Source: Tubiluchus corallicola (Eukaryota; Animalia; Priapulida). From it: DNA of 31,538 nucleotides. The notes beneath the pieces were generated by a model that was given only the letters and a program-made list of their open reading frames with translations, was not told where the DNA came from and did no database searches. Made by a program: the position numbers and the translations under genes. Shown here one piece after another: positions 19,424-29,606 of this stretch. The stretch covers positions 1-31,538 of the forward strand of contig JAQGDQ010002447.1 in NCBI GenBank assembly GCA_030141605.1, given 5' to 3'. Numbering within the stretch: the stretch's first letter is position 1; each line of letters begins with the position of its first letter.

Positions 19424-20539
19424 CTACAACGTTTTCATGACTTCTTGCGCTATTTCAAGATATTTCTGGTATGTGGCACTGCTGTCCGTCACATTGTCAA
19501 TGTGGTCTACTGCCGTGCTTTTGCTCAGTTCAAGAATTTTTTCTGCGATCTCTTTTGGCTCGAAGGTCTCCAACATATATCCATTTTTGCCATTCTCTAT
19601 AAATCCGACATCTACCCTAGCACTCTTGCTTGTAATTACAGGAATTCCACAGGACAAAGCTTCAAACACTACACGAGGGCCAATGTCACAAAGAGATGGG
19701 AGACAGAATACATCTAAAGGAGCATAGAAGTTTCTCATACCATCAGCATAGCCTGTGAATATCACTTTGTGGGCCATTTTGTGTCTTTTATACTTTCTGT
19801 TGTTTTCTTTTCCAACAACTAACAGAATATAGTTTTCGGGCAGTAGCTCCAAAGCATCCAGTATGAATTTCAACCCCTTCCTTTTATGGTCGTTGCTGGC
19901 AAAGCCTATCAGTACGGCATCGTCACTTATTCCATGGTATTTCCTCGTTTTTTCTCTTAAAGTTGGCTCTATCATGGAAAAAGCTTCTTTGTCTACTCCC
20001 TTGTGAACTATTGCTATTTTATCTCTTGTAGATGGATAACGGCTGGCAATTTCTTCCTTTAGGCACTCTGAGTCCACGATAATTCTTCTTAAGCTCGAAT
20101 TATTATAAAACTTACGTTCACTAAAATCAGTGAATATGCGGGCGGGACTCACTATGTCGTGCGCTATCTTGTATCCTTTTTTGATTGGAGACAAGCCTTT
20201 TAGCAGATCTTTTCTCCATATAGCGCTCAAGCTGGCAGCATTCCGTAGGATGTGGGCTTCCGGAACAACGTCAAACGCAAATAGAACACCATCAAGGCCC
20301 TTCACCGCACTCCCTGCTCTATTATAAAAGCTTGTCCTTTTTGTATATCGACTAAAATTTACGATTCCAATCTCTGTAGTGCAATGCTTAAACCTGTCGT
20401 CATTAACTCTATCTACCCCACAAATTATTCTGAAATTTACATTTTTTTCCAGCAGATACTTAGCAAAGTGAAAAAACGCCATTTCGGCTCCACCTTTTTC
20501 TGCAAACCGCCTTACAATTAAATTTATAGGACGTTCCAC
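19424..20539 (-). CDS. Glycosyltransferase family 4 (WaaG/RfaG-like, LPS core)
   Basis: GGAE near the N-terminus, KRKGL, DVFCLPS..D....VVFEALSCGIPVI, IENGKNG. Confidence 0.88.
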   Translation of the reverse strand: MERPINLIVRRFAEKGGAEMAFFHFAKYLLEKNVNFRIICGVDRVNDDRFKHCTTEIGIVNFSRYTKRTSFYNRAGSAVKGLDGVLFAFDVVPEAHILRNAASLSAIWRKDLLKGLSPIKKGYKIAHDIVSPARIFTDFSERKFYNNSSLRRIIVDSECLKEEIASRYPSTRDKIAIVHKGVDKEAFSMIEPTLREKTRKYHGISDDAVLIGFASNDHKRKGLKFILDALELLPENYILLVVGKENNRKYKRHKMAHKVIFTGYADGMRNFYAPLDVFCLPSLCDIGPRVVFEALSCGIPVITSKSARVDVGFIENGKNGYMLETFEPKEIAEKILELSKSTAVDHIDNVTDSSATYQKYLEIAQEVMKTL

Positions 20540-20826
20540 GCATCACCCCTCTTGCACTACGATATTTGTTGCTACAATTTAAGTTTACTTTTCAGTGCCT
20601 TTTTAAGAGTAGTATCGACACCTAGTGCACTATCTAGTAGGTAGATTATATTGGCACTTTCCGCTAATTCAAGGATTTTTTTTAGATTAGTAAGCATCCC
20701 TAGATCCGCCACTCCTGTTTCGCAGCATCAAAACTCAAAGCTTTTTCATAAACACTCTGAGTAGTTGCTACAACGCATACGTATTCGTCAACAACATTAT
20801 CCGCTTACGGATTTTAAATTCTTTTA

Positions 20827-20855
20827 TTGACACGGAGGCAAATATTTAGTATAAA
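20827..20855 (+). promoter_or_regulatory. sigma70 promoter of the tRNA pair
   Basis: TTGACA (20827-20832)-17 nt-TATAAA (20850-20855), 17 nt before tRNA-Gly. Confidence 0.8.
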
Positions 20856-20872
20856 AATCATCTGTAAAAATT

Positions 20873-20945
20873 GCGGGTGTAGCTCAGCTGGTAGAGCGTG
20901 ACCTTGCCAAGGTTGAGGTCGCGAGTTCGAGTCTCGTCACCCGCT
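20873..20945 (+). tRNA. tRNA-Gly(GCC), CCA not encoded
   Basis: Acceptor GCGGGTG/CACCCGC, D arm AGCTCAGCTGGTAGAGC, anticodon loop TTGCCAA, T loop GTTCGAG. Confidence 0.97.
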
Positions 20946-20957
20946 TTTTTCGTCTTT

Positions 20958-21028
20958 GGCGACGTGGCCGAGTGGTTAGGCAGTGGCCTGCAAAGCCATG
21001 TACCCCGGTTCGATTCCGGGCGTCGCCT
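20958..21028 (+). tRNA. tRNA-Cys(GCA), CCA not encoded
   Basis: Acceptor GGCGACG/CGTCGCC, anticodon loop CTGCAAA, T loop GTTCGAT, U discriminator. Confidence 0.97.
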
Positions 21029-21092
21029 CTTCTGTTGCTTCTTCAAGTGTTTGTACGTTCGCCTTTAGCTACACAGTAGTGTATTTGTTTCT

Positions 21093-21121
21093 TTGATAAA
21101 AATATTTTTTCATACTATAAT
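21093..21121 (+). promoter_or_regulatory. sigma70 promoter directly abutting the mqnC start
   Basis: TTGATA (21093-21098)-17 nt-TATAAT (21116-21121), with ATG 6 nt later. Confidence 0.7.
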
Positions 21122-21127
21122 CTCGCC

Positions 21128-22153
21128 ATGGATAGACTGAGTGCGGTGGAAGCTACCGAGCTTCTCCAGAATTGTGATCTCCTTACCCTGGGGGAAATGG
21201 CGTCAAATATGCGTAAGAGGCTACATCCTGATGGTGTTGTCTCTTTTGTAGTTGATAGAAACATAAACTACACAAATATCTGTACTTGTCGTTGTAAGTT
21301 TTGCGCTTTTTGGAAAGACAGAGACGCTCCGGGTAGCTACGTTATCAGTGATGATGCGCTGTTTGAAAAGATAGAGGGGTTGCGAGAGCTTGGTGGTACG
21401 CAAGTACTCCTTCAAGGCGGCTTGCATCCCGATTTACAAATATCTTACTATGAAGATTTGCTAAGGAAGATAAAGTCATATCCTGTGTGGATTCATGGTT
21501 TTTCTCCTCCCGAAATCGCAAATATTGCTTCGATAAGCGGTGTGAGCGTCGGACATGTGTTGGAACGCTTAATGGATGCGGGGCTTGATTCTATGCCGGG
21601 TGCCGGTGCAGAGCTTCTTATAGATGAAGTCAGATCTTCCGTTAGCCCTAACAAAATAGATGCGGCAATGTGGCTAGATATAATGCGCACAGCGCATGGT
21701 CTTGCTCTTCCTACAACTGCTACCATGATGTTTAAGATGGAGGATACCGCCTCTGACATAGTGCACCATCTCGAGCAATTAAGAGCCTTGCAAGATGATA
21801 CTGGTGGTTTTACAGCTTTTATCCCCTGGCCGTTTCAACCCGCAAATACGGAGCTCGGCGGTCAACCGAGCACTGCTGTAAACTATTTGAGAGTTTTGAG
21901 CATATCTAGGTTGTTCCTTGATAATATAGACAATATACAGGTATCCTGGGTGACCCAAGGGCTTTCTGTGGGGCAGACAGGTCTTTTATTTGGAGGAAAT
22001 GATTTTGGAAGCCTGATGATAGAGGAGAATGTTGTAGCAGCTTGCAGCACCGTTTTTACCACGACGGTTGAAGGCATCGTGCATCAGATACAAAAAGCCG
22101 GTTTCAAGGCGTGCCAAAGGGATATGAGATACAATACAATAAATGAATTTTGA
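21128..22153 (+). CDS. mqnC: Cyclic dehypoxanthine futalosine synthase (radical SAM)
   Basis: VDRNINYTNICTCRCKFCAF (CxxxCxxC), LLQGGLHP, TGGFTAFIPWPFQP, SWVTQG, GNDFGSLMIEENVV. Confidence 0.93.
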   Translation: MDRLSAVEATELLQNCDLLTLGEMASNMRKRLHPDGVVSFVVDRNINYTNICTCRCKFCAFWKDRDAPGSYVISDDALFEKIEGLRELGGTQVLLQGGLHPDLQISYYEDLLRKIKSYPVWIHGFSPPEIANIASISGVSVGHVLERLMDAGLDSMPGAGAELLIDEVRSSVSPNKIDAAMWLDIMRTAHGLALPTTATMMFKMEDTASDIVHHLEQLRALQDDTGGFTAFIPWPFQPANTELGGQPSTAVNYLRVLSISRLFLDNIDNIQVSWVTQGLSVGQTGLLFGGNDFGSLMIEENVVAACSTVFTTTVEGIVHQIQKAGFKACQRDMRYNTINEF

Positions 22154-22285
22154 TAAAATGTGGTGAATTTGTATATAAAATTTGCTGGAATGTAACTCAC
22201 CTTAGGTGTATTATGGTCATTGTTTGCGTGCTGTATGGTGCACTGTAGTGTGTTCTTACCGACTATATTTATGTGGGGGCGCTAG

Positions 22286-23455
22286 TTGAAACAGAGTTTG
22301 CTGGAAGTTCTCGTTGCGATATCTGAGAGGATGAATGAGGGCGAAACTGACCTGGACAGATGTTTGACAAATATTTTAGAAATATCCATGAAATATTTAC
22401 ACGTTAAGCGTATATCGTTGATGCTCATAGAGCACGGCACTCTTGTGATGAAGGCACATGTTGGGATATATGATAAGAGCATAAAAGATTTGGTAATACC
22501 GCTTGGTGTAGGCATTAGCGGTAGCGTGGCTCTCAAGGGAGAGCCTGTGATCATGAATGATGTGGTTTCAACGAAGGTTGATGGGAGTTACAGCGCAAGA
22601 TCTTTCATGTCGTTTCCATTGAAGGTAAGGGAAAATATTGTGGGAGTCCTCAATCTTACGGACAAGGAAGACGATCACTTTTCTGATGACGATACCAAGA
22701 TAGGTTTATATATTTCGTCTCAATGTGCTTTAGCTATTGAGCGCTACAATTTGTACAAGGAAGCCATCAGTGCGGAAAACCTGAAAATAATAGGTAGAAT
22801 GCGCTCGTCTTTTGCCCATGATATAAAGAATATGATCAATGTGATCTCCATATATTTGGAGCTGCTCCAGGAGGTTGATATTGAAAATGAGGAAGCAAAG
22901 GAATACATTGAGTTTATATATACTGAGGTGAAGCGTATATACGGGCTTTCTATGGATTTGCTGGAGTTTTCGAAACAGGAGATAAGTTTGCAGAAAGGAC
23001 ACTTTCTACTAGAGGATGTCTTAGAGGAGGTTTATCGGCATGTCTCTGTCAGGTTGCGTGACACAGGAGTTAAACTAGAGTATAAGGCTGAGAAAAATCT
23101 CTTTCTGGATGGTGATAGAGATAAACTCTTTAGAGTGTTTTTCAACTTGGTAAATAATTCCGTAGATGCTGTGGATGAGAGGGATGGTTGGATACAGTTG
23201 GTTTGTAAAAGGGTTGGCGACCGTGTTTCTGTAAGGGTGGCCGATAATGGCAAAGGGATATCGCCATCGATAATACATGATATATTCAATCCCTTTACTA
23301 CATCCGGCAAGGTTGGTGGAACGGGGCTCGGTCTTTCGATAGTAAAGGAGATAATTTCTGCTCATAGGGGCACTGTTGCGGTGCGCTCTACGTTGGGACG
23401 GTACACTATTTTTGTGGTTAAACTGGAGTTGTTTCATGCCTGTGATAATATTTGA
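22286..23455 (+). CDS. Cytoplasmic GAF-domain sensor histidine kinase
   Basis: GAF (GVGISGSVALKGEP, SFPLKVRENIVGVLN); H box FAHDIKN, N box NLVNNSVDA, DNGKGI, IFNPF, GTGLGL; no obvious transmembrane helix. Confidence 0.9.
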   Translation: MKQSLLEVLVAISERMNEGETDLDRCLTNILEISMKYLHVKRISLMLIEHGTLVMKAHVGIYDKSIKDLVIPLGVGISGSVALKGEPVIMNDVVSTKVDGSYSARSFMSFPLKVRENIVGVLNLTDKEDDHFSDDDTKIGLYISSQCALAIERYNLYKEAISAENLKIIGRMRSSFAHDIKNMINVISIYLELLQEVDIENEEAKEYIEFIYTEVKRIYGLSMDLLEFSKQEISLQKGHFLLEDVLEEVYRHVSVRLRDTGVKLEYKAEKNLFLDGDRDKLFRVFFNLVNNSVDAVDERDGWIQLVCKRVGDRVSVRVADNGKGISPSIIHDIFNPFTTSGKVGGTGLGLSIVKEIISAHRGTVAVRSTLGRYTIFVVKLELFHACDNI

Positions 23456-24983
23456 AAGCAGCGCTAACAGTAGGCTGCAAGAGACTATATTGCGCGTTTA
23501 CGGAATTGGGAGGAAGGATTATGAGCTAGTTCCCAAAGGAGCCACTACGAATGTGAATTTTCTTGTGCATAAAGTTTGTCCTTCGGTGGTTGAGGTTTAT
23601 CTGCAGGATGGTAACCTCGAAGCTTATGTAAATCTATTTCCTCCATTGGGTGGTGGAGAGTTTTTGAGTGTTCAGGAGATACTCGATGAGGTGGCTGCTA
23701 CTGGTGTTAAGATGAATGTTGACAGCAGCTTAATAGAGGATCTTTACGACAGATATAGGAGCAATCATGCTTTTTTGAGCAAATTAATTGCGAAGGGCAT
23801 ACCTCCCAAAGATGGAAAGGATGCCTCTGTGGAACTTCATTTTGACTCAGCTGACAAAAAGCCGAAATTGTTGGAAACGGGTGCCGTTGACTATAAAAAC
23901 ATTGATAATCTCATACAAGTTTGTGCAGGAGATAAGTTGATTACCAGGACGCCGTCTAGTGAAGGCATTGCGGGGGTGGACGTTTTGGGCAACAGCATAG
24001 AGCCCAATCCTGGTCAAGACATATTTATTGCGAGTGGAGACGGCGTTGTGCTTGATTCGGAGAGGCGGGAATACGTATCGTCTTGTGATGGCTATGTTGA
24101 TTTTAGTGGTATGCATATTGGGGTCTACCCGCTTTATGTAATTAACGGCAACGTGGACTATTCCACTGGCAATATCGATTTTTCCGGTAACGTTAAGATT
24201 ACTGGGGATGTTCTTGGTGGCTTTGCGGTGTGTGCTGGCAGGAGTATCATAGTGGAGGGCATGGTAGAGGATGCGGAGCTTACGGCTGGTGAGGACATTG
24301 TTGTAAGTGGCGGTGTTTCAGGTCGTGAAGCTGGCTCTTTGGAGGCTGGCAGAGATGTTAGCGTAGGCCATTGCAATGGGGTGTCTATAAGTGCCAAAGG
24401 TGACATTACCATCAAGAAGTATGCCTACAACTGTAATATAATTTCCGGAGGTGTTATCTATGCGGATCACCACGGGTGTATTTTAGCTGGGGGCAGTATA
24501 AAGGCTTATAAGGAGATCCGTGCTTGTCATCTTGGCACCAAGGGTAATGCAAACTTTGATATTCACTGTGGTACTTCCCACTTCATATATATAGAGCTGG
24601 AGAGAGTCAGGGAAAATATCAAAAATATAAGTGCAAAGATTGAAAAGCTTCAGAGTGCGCTGAGTGGTTTAGATATGAGGAGTCCAGAAGTGAAGTCGAG
24701 CGATAGGATCAAGAATATTATAGAAAACAGGGATAAACTCGTAGATGTTCGCACTCAATTGGAAGAGGAGAAGGAGAAGCTTAAGGAGCAATATCGTTAT
24801 GAAGGGGCGAGGGTGCGTACCATAGGTGATATTTTTGAGGGTGTCAAGGTTACGTTGTTTGACACTCACAGGTATGTTGTGAAGGAAAAGAGCCATAAGG
24901 GTGTCTTTTGTTATGATTACAAATATTCCGAAGTGAGATTGATTTCCAGTAAGGAGGCAGATGATCTTGAAATTTCCAGATAA
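23436..24983 (+). CDS. DUF342 / FapA-family protein
   Basis: Start re-called at ATG 23436 (SD GGAG). Motifs IAKGIPPKDGKDA, GAVDYKN, GNVDYSTGNIDFSGNVKITGDV, then beta-solenoid repeats and a coiled coil. Confidence 0.87.
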   Translation: MPVIIFESSANSRLQETILRVYGIGRKDYELVPKGATTNVNFLVHKVCPSVVEVYLQDGNLEAYVNLFPPLGGGEFLSVQEILDEVAATGVKMNVDSSLIEDLYDRYRSNHAFLSKLIAKGIPPKDGKDASVELHFDSADKKPKLLETGAVDYKNIDNLIQVCAGDKLITRTPSSEGIAGVDVLGNSIEPNPGQDIFIASGDGVVLDSERREYVSSCDGYVDFSGMHIGVYPLYVINGNVDYSTGNIDFSGNVKITGDVLGGFAVCAGRSIIVEGMVEDAELTAGEDIVVSGGVSGREAGSLEAGRDVSVGHCNGVSISAKGDITIKKYAYNCNIISGGVIYADHHGCILAGGSIKAYKEIRACHLGTKGNANFDIHCGTSHFIYIELERVRENIKNISAKIEKLQSALSGLDMRSPEVKSSDRIKNIIENRDKLVDVRTQLEEEKEKLKEQYRYEGARVRTIGDIFEGVKVTLFDTHRYVVKEKSHKGVFCYDYKYSEVRLISSKEADDLEISR

Positions 24984-27789
24984 AATACTGATCAGAGGGG
25001 CTCGTCAACACAATCTTAAAAACATCGACATCGATATTCCTAAAAACAAACTCGTCATCATTACAGGGGTGAGTGGATCCGGTAAATCCACATTAGCTTT
25101 TGATACCATATATGCGGAGGGGCAGAGACGTTATGTTGAATCTTTGTCTGCGTATGCGCGTCAATTTTTGGAGCTCATGGAGAAACCGGACGTTGATAGT
25201 ATCGATTTCCTCTCTCCTGCGATCAGCATTGAGCAAAAATCTGTCTCAAGGAATCCCAGATCGACGGTCGGTACTACTACCGAGATATATGACTACATGC
25301 GATTATTGTTTGCCCGTGTTGGGGATGTACATTGTCCTGAGTGTAATGAAAAGATACAGTCTTACACCGTTCAGCAGATAGTGGATGCTATTCTTAGTCG
25401 GGATGAGGGCACTAGAGTGGAGATCATGGCTCCTGTTGTACGCGGCAAGAAGGGGGAGTACAAAAAGCTTTTTAAAGATTTGCTCAAGAACGGTTTTGTA
25501 CGCGTTTGTGTTGACGGAGAGTTCTACCGTCTTGAGGATGATATTACGCTGGACAAAAATGTAAAACATTCAATATCTGTCAATATAGACAGAATAAAGG
25601 TCGCCTCAGACATTAAGAGAAGAATAACGGACTCCGTGGAGACTGCTTTGAATATAGGGAACGGTCTTGTGGAGCTTCTAGTGGATGATGAAGTAACCCT
25701 CATGAGTGAGAGGTTTTCATGCGTTGATTGCGGCGTAAGTTTTGACGAGATAGAGCCCAGGATGTTCTCCTTTAATAATCCATACGGGGCATGCCCAGAA
25801 TGCGATGGTTTGGGGGAAAAAGAGGTCTTTGATCTTAATGCTATCATTGTGGATGACGACAAAAGTGTTCGTGAGGGGGTTATAAAACCTTGGGAAAATT
25901 TTGATAACTTCCATTTTTATAGTGTGTTAAACGCATTGTCTGCGGAGTACAATATAGATTTGAATGCCCCTTGGAAAGACCTCAAGGAAGAGGATAAAGA
26001 TATTTTGCTCAACGGAGTTTCTATTCCTCTTAAAATTTACACTTTTAGTGGAGAAAAGAGGGTAGAACACGATAAATTTTTTACGGGCGTCACGGGTTAT
26101 CTAGAGAGTATGATATCTTCCGGCAAGTTTTCTGAGGTGAGTTTTGCCAAAAAGTTTATGACCACATCGAGTTGTAAAGTTTGTCATGGTTCCAGGCTGA
26201 AGAAGAATAGCCTTTCCGTATACGTAGGTGGTTATAACATCCACGATATAGCTAGCATGGATATAAGCGATGCTTACGATTTTTTTAGTACTCTTGAGGT
26301 TGGCGGCTTTAAAAAGGTAGTGTACGAAAAGATAACTAGCGAGATCAAGTTGAGGTTAAAATTTCTTAAAGATGTTGGCATTGGCTATATCACCATCGAT
26401 CGCAAATCCGGCAGCTTGTCTGGTGGAGAGGGGCAGAGGATTCGTTTAGCTACTCAAATTGGCTCAGGATTAACCGGGGTGTTATATGTCCTTGATGAGC
26501 CTTCTATAGGTCTTCATCAGAGGGACAATGATATGCTTATAGGCACATTGAAAAACCTCAGAGATATAGGGAACACTCTCCTTGTGGTGGAGCATGACGA
26601 AGACACAATACTTGCCTCGGATTTTATCGTTGACATGGGCCCCCATGCGGGGAGATATGGCGGTAAAATAGTATTCCAGGGCACGAGTGAAGAATTGCTG
26701 AAGAGCAGCGATTCGCTGACGGGTGATTATCTCAGTGGAAAAAAGAGCATTGAGGTTCCTTCAAGCAGAAGGGGTGGGGATGGTAGATTCATTGAGATCG
26801 TCAATGCGAGGAAAAATAATTTAAAATCTGTCAGCGTGAAATTGCCGTTAGGTGTAATTTGTTGCATTACGGGTGTTAGCGGTTCCGGTAAGTCCACTCT
26901 CATTATGGATGTTTTGTACGAAGGCTTGGTGAAGAAGATCAATGGCAATTCTTCCAAAAAAAATAGTGATTGTGATGATATCCTTGGGGCAGAGCATATA
27001 GACAAAATTATAGATATTGACCAGTCCCCCATAGGACGTACTCCCCGTTCGAATCCGTCCACATATACGGGGATTTTAACGTGGATACGTAACCTTTTTG
27101 CTGCTCTGCCAGATGCAAAACTGAGGGGCTATAATGCCAGCAGGTTTAGCTTTAATGTCAAGGGTGGGCGTTGTGAAATCTGCGGCGGCGATGGTCATAT
27201 TAAGATAGAGATGCATTTTTTGCCTGATATGTATGTCAAGTGTGATAGTTGTCATGGCAAAAGGTACAATAGAGATACCTTGGATGTAAGGTACAAGGGA
27301 AAAAGTATTGCTGATGTCTTGGATATGACGGTTAATCAGTCCAGTGAATTTTTTGACAATATTCCGAAGCTTTCCAACATGTTAGGAGTGCTAAAGGATG
27401 TGGGGCTAGGTTACATAAAGCTTGGTCAATCTGCAACTACCCTGTCTGGTGGCGAAGCTCAGCGGATAAAGCTGGCAAAAGAGCTGATGAAGAGGGCTAC
27501 AGGAAAGACTTTGTACATCTTTGATGAACCAACTACGGGATTACATTTTGACGATATTAACAAGCTGATTACTGTTTTCAGAAGGTTGACGGATACTGGG
27601 AATACGGTTATCATAATCGAGCACAATTTGGATGTTATAAAGTGTGCGGATTATGTCGTCGATCTCGGCCCTTTGGGCGGAGATGGCGGTGGAGAGGTAA
27701 TATTTGCAGGAACTCCGGAGGATTGCACCAGATGCAACTCTTCCTTTACCGGCAAATATCTCGAGAAGAAAATATCTGGAGTTGTTTAG
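24961..27789 (+). CDS. uvrA: Excinuclease ABC subunit A
   Basis: GARQHNLKN, two GVSGSGKS Walker A motifs, EGQRRYVESLS, zinc fingers, LSGGE signatures. Confidence 0.98.
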   Translation: MILKFPDKILIRGARQHNLKNIDIDIPKNKLVIITGVSGSGKSTLAFDTIYAEGQRRYVESLSAYARQFLELMEKPDVDSIDFLSPAISIEQKSVSRNPRSTVGTTTEIYDYMRLLFARVGDVHCPECNEKIQSYTVQQIVDAILSRDEGTRVEIMAPVVRGKKGEYKKLFKDLLKNGFVRVCVDGEFYRLEDDITLDKNVKHSISVNIDRIKVASDIKRRITDSVETALNIGNGLVELLVDDEVTLMSERFSCVDCGVSFDEIEPRMFSFNNPYGACPECDGLGEKEVFDLNAIIVDDDKSVREGVIKPWENFDNFHFYSVLNALSAEYNIDLNAPWKDLKEEDKDILLNGVSIPLKIYTFSGEKRVEHDKFFTGVTGYLESMISSGKFSEVSFAKKFMTTSSCKVCHGSRLKKNSLSVYVGGYNIHDIASMDISDAYDFFSTLEVGGFKKVVYEKITSEIKLRLKFLKDVGIGYITIDRKSGSLSGGEGQRIRLATQIGSGLTGVLYVLDEPSIGLHQRDNDMLIGTLKNLRDIGNTLLVVEHDEDTILASDFIVDMGPHAGRYGGKIVFQGTSEELLKSSDSLTGDYLSGKKSIEVPSSRRGGDGRFIEIVNARKNNLKSVSVKLPLGVICCITGVSGSGKSTLIMDVLYEGLVKKINGNSSKKNSDCDDILGAEHIDKIIDIDQSPIGRTPRSNPSTYTGILTWIRNLFAALPDAKLRGYNASRFSFNVKGGRCEICGGDGHIKIEMHFLPDMYVKCDSCHGKRYNRDTLDVRYKGKSIADVLDMTVNQSSEFFDNIPKLSNMLGVLKDVGLGYIKLGQSATTLSGGEAQRIKLAKELMKRATGKTLYIFDEPTTGLHFDDINKLITVFRRLTDTGNTVIIIEHNLDVIKCADYVVDLGPLGGDGGGEVIFAGTPEDCTRCNSSFTGKYLEKKISGVV

Positions 27790-29508
27790 GTGAAGTCTTT
27801 TTGTTTAAAATCTTTTCTGTGCTTACTTTTTGTTGCTGTGGCCTTTGCGGGCTATGGAGAGGCTTCCCAAAGTGATGTCGACAGCGTTATAAAAAGATAT
27901 GAAGTGTTTCATAAAAACGGCTCCACCAAGCGTATATCTTATCTGAATGCATGTAAAGAGCTTTACTCTTTGTACGAAAAGGACCCGAGCAGCGTTTATG
28001 CGGCTGAGGCTCTGCACAGCATCACGGTAATTTACGGGGCGAGTTATGGTCGCTACGGGATAGAGGATGATCTTAAGAATCAGTTGAAATATTTTCGTCT
28101 TGTTGGAGTGATGGATAACAAATATTCGCCGGGAGCCTATCTCCAAGCGGCAAACATTTACAGCGATTTACTCAAGGATCACTCATCTGCCATATTTATG
28201 CTTAACAAACTGGAGGAGAAGTATCCATCCAGCCCTGAGGCTGTCCAGGGTAGGGCTAAATATGCTGCCATTAGTGGCAAGTTTGACAAAAAACCTTATG
28301 TGCCGAGCAAACCTGTCAACATACAGAGCCGTACCGCTTTTACGGATAAAGAGCTTGAGAGCATTTCCGGTGGACGTCCGGTGATCAAGAATATTCGCTA
28401 CTACAGCAGTGATGTCAAGACCCGTATTGTCATAGACTTGACCGGAGAGGTAAGCTTCCAAAAGCATTGGCTAAAGGAAGACCCTTCAATAGGCAAGCCT
28501 CCAAGGCTTTACGTAGATATCAATGGTAGTGGTGTGGCAAGTGATATCCCCGCTAGTATCGAGCTTAACAACGAGTTTATATCCAATGTTCGCTGGGCGT
28601 ATAACAAACCTTGGGTGCCTCGCATCGTGTTGGATACGGAGAACGTTACAGAATTTGATGTTTTTGCCCTACCGGAACCTTATCGCATCGTTATAGATGT
28701 GCGTTCCGATGAACCGCATACGTTGAAAACTCCCGACATAACCGTAGATGTGAGAGATAGCGATGGCAACGTACCCCTTACAGAAGTTTTTCGTTTGGGT
28801 GTGCGCACGCTTGTTCTTGATCCAGGTCATGGTGGGAAGGATCCTGGCGCTGTAGCACACGGCATCAAGGAGAAAGATCTTGTGCTCAGCGTGTCAAAAT
28901 ACGTAAAAGAGCTATTTGATAGGGATGGGGAGATCAATACTCGCTTGACGAGAGATGAGGATGTGTTCATCCCCCTTGAAGAGCGTCCTGCGATTGCAAA
29001 TGCTCTACAAGCAGATATCTTCATGTCTGTACATGGCAATGCTTCGGAGAACTCCGGTCTGAAAGGTATTATGACATTTGTTTTGAATGTTACCAATGAT
29101 CAAACAGCCTTGGAAGTTGCTGCACTTGAAAATCAATCAACCACCAAAGCGATATCTGAATTGCAAGGTATCCTGGAAAGTATCATCAAGGGGAACAACT
29201 TGGAGCAATCCCTAAAGGTTGCGGGAGTAGTCCAAGAAAATATGTTGAAAGCTCGAAATTATGATAAAACTTATGACAAAGGTGTCAGGCAAGCCCCCTT
29301 CTACGTTCTTGTCGGAGCGGATATGCCTGCGGTATTGGTTGAAGTGGGGTTTATTACAAATGCCGAAGAGGCCAACAAAATGAAGAGTGAGAGCGACAAA
29401 AAGGCGATTGCAGAGGGCATATACAAGGGGCTGAAGGAGTATATTGATCTTGTGAACAAGGACAAAGAGTTTAGCGGATCGGCTAGAGATTATTCTTCTG
29501 CCCGCTGA
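27790..29508 (+). CDS. N-acetylmuramoyl-L-alanine amidase (TPR-like + AMIN + Amidase_3)
   Basis: Signal peptide; helical TPR-like N-terminus; AMIN motifs TRIVIDL, PPRLYVDI, PYRIVIDV; zinc ligands DPGHGG, KEKD, SVHGN, LVEVGF. Confidence 0.92.
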   Translation: MKSFCLKSFLCLLFVAVAFAGYGEASQSDVDSVIKRYEVFHKNGSTKRISYLNACKELYSLYEKDPSSVYAAEALHSITVIYGASYGRYGIEDDLKNQLKYFRLVGVMDNKYSPGAYLQAANIYSDLLKDHSSAIFMLNKLEEKYPSSPEAVQGRAKYAAISGKFDKKPYVPSKPVNIQSRTAFTDKELESISGGRPVIKNIRYYSSDVKTRIVIDLTGEVSFQKHWLKEDPSIGKPPRLYVDINGSGVASDIPASIELNNEFISNVRWAYNKPWVPRIVLDTENVTEFDVFALPEPYRIVIDVRSDEPHTLKTPDITVDVRDSDGNVPLTEVFRLGVRTLVLDPGHGGKDPGAVAHGIKEKDLVLSVSKYVKELFDRDGEINTRLTRDEDVFIPLEERPAIANALQADIFMSVHGNASENSGLKGIMTFVLNVTNDQTALEVAALENQSTTKAISELQGILESIIKGNNLEQSLKVAGVVQENMLKARNYDKTYDKGVRQAPFYVLVGADMPAVLVEVGFITNAEEANKMKSESDKKAIAEGIYKGLKEYIDLVNKDKEFSGSARDYSSAR

Positions 29509-29606
29509 GTTTGCCCCACTGTAAGGGTAACAATTTATTTTGCCGTGGCCTTTGAGTGTTTGTTGAGTCGCTTCCTGTCGGATAATGGGTAAAGCTTGAA
29601 AAAAAA

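Noticed and set aside
20568-20812. GTTGCTACAA direct repeat (20568, 20764) and short palindromes TAGTGCACTA and ATCCG-N4-CGGAT
   Set aside because: Too short and too few to distinguish from chance; not a CRISPR or iteron pattern.
20858-21046. 62-aa minus-strand ORF
   Set aside because: It is the antisense translation of the two tRNA genes.
27787-27792. uvrA TAG directly followed in frame by the amidase GTG (possible readthrough fusion)
   Set aside because: UvrA is full length and the amidase begins with its own signal peptide, so a fusion is implausible. This supports TAG being an ordinary stop.
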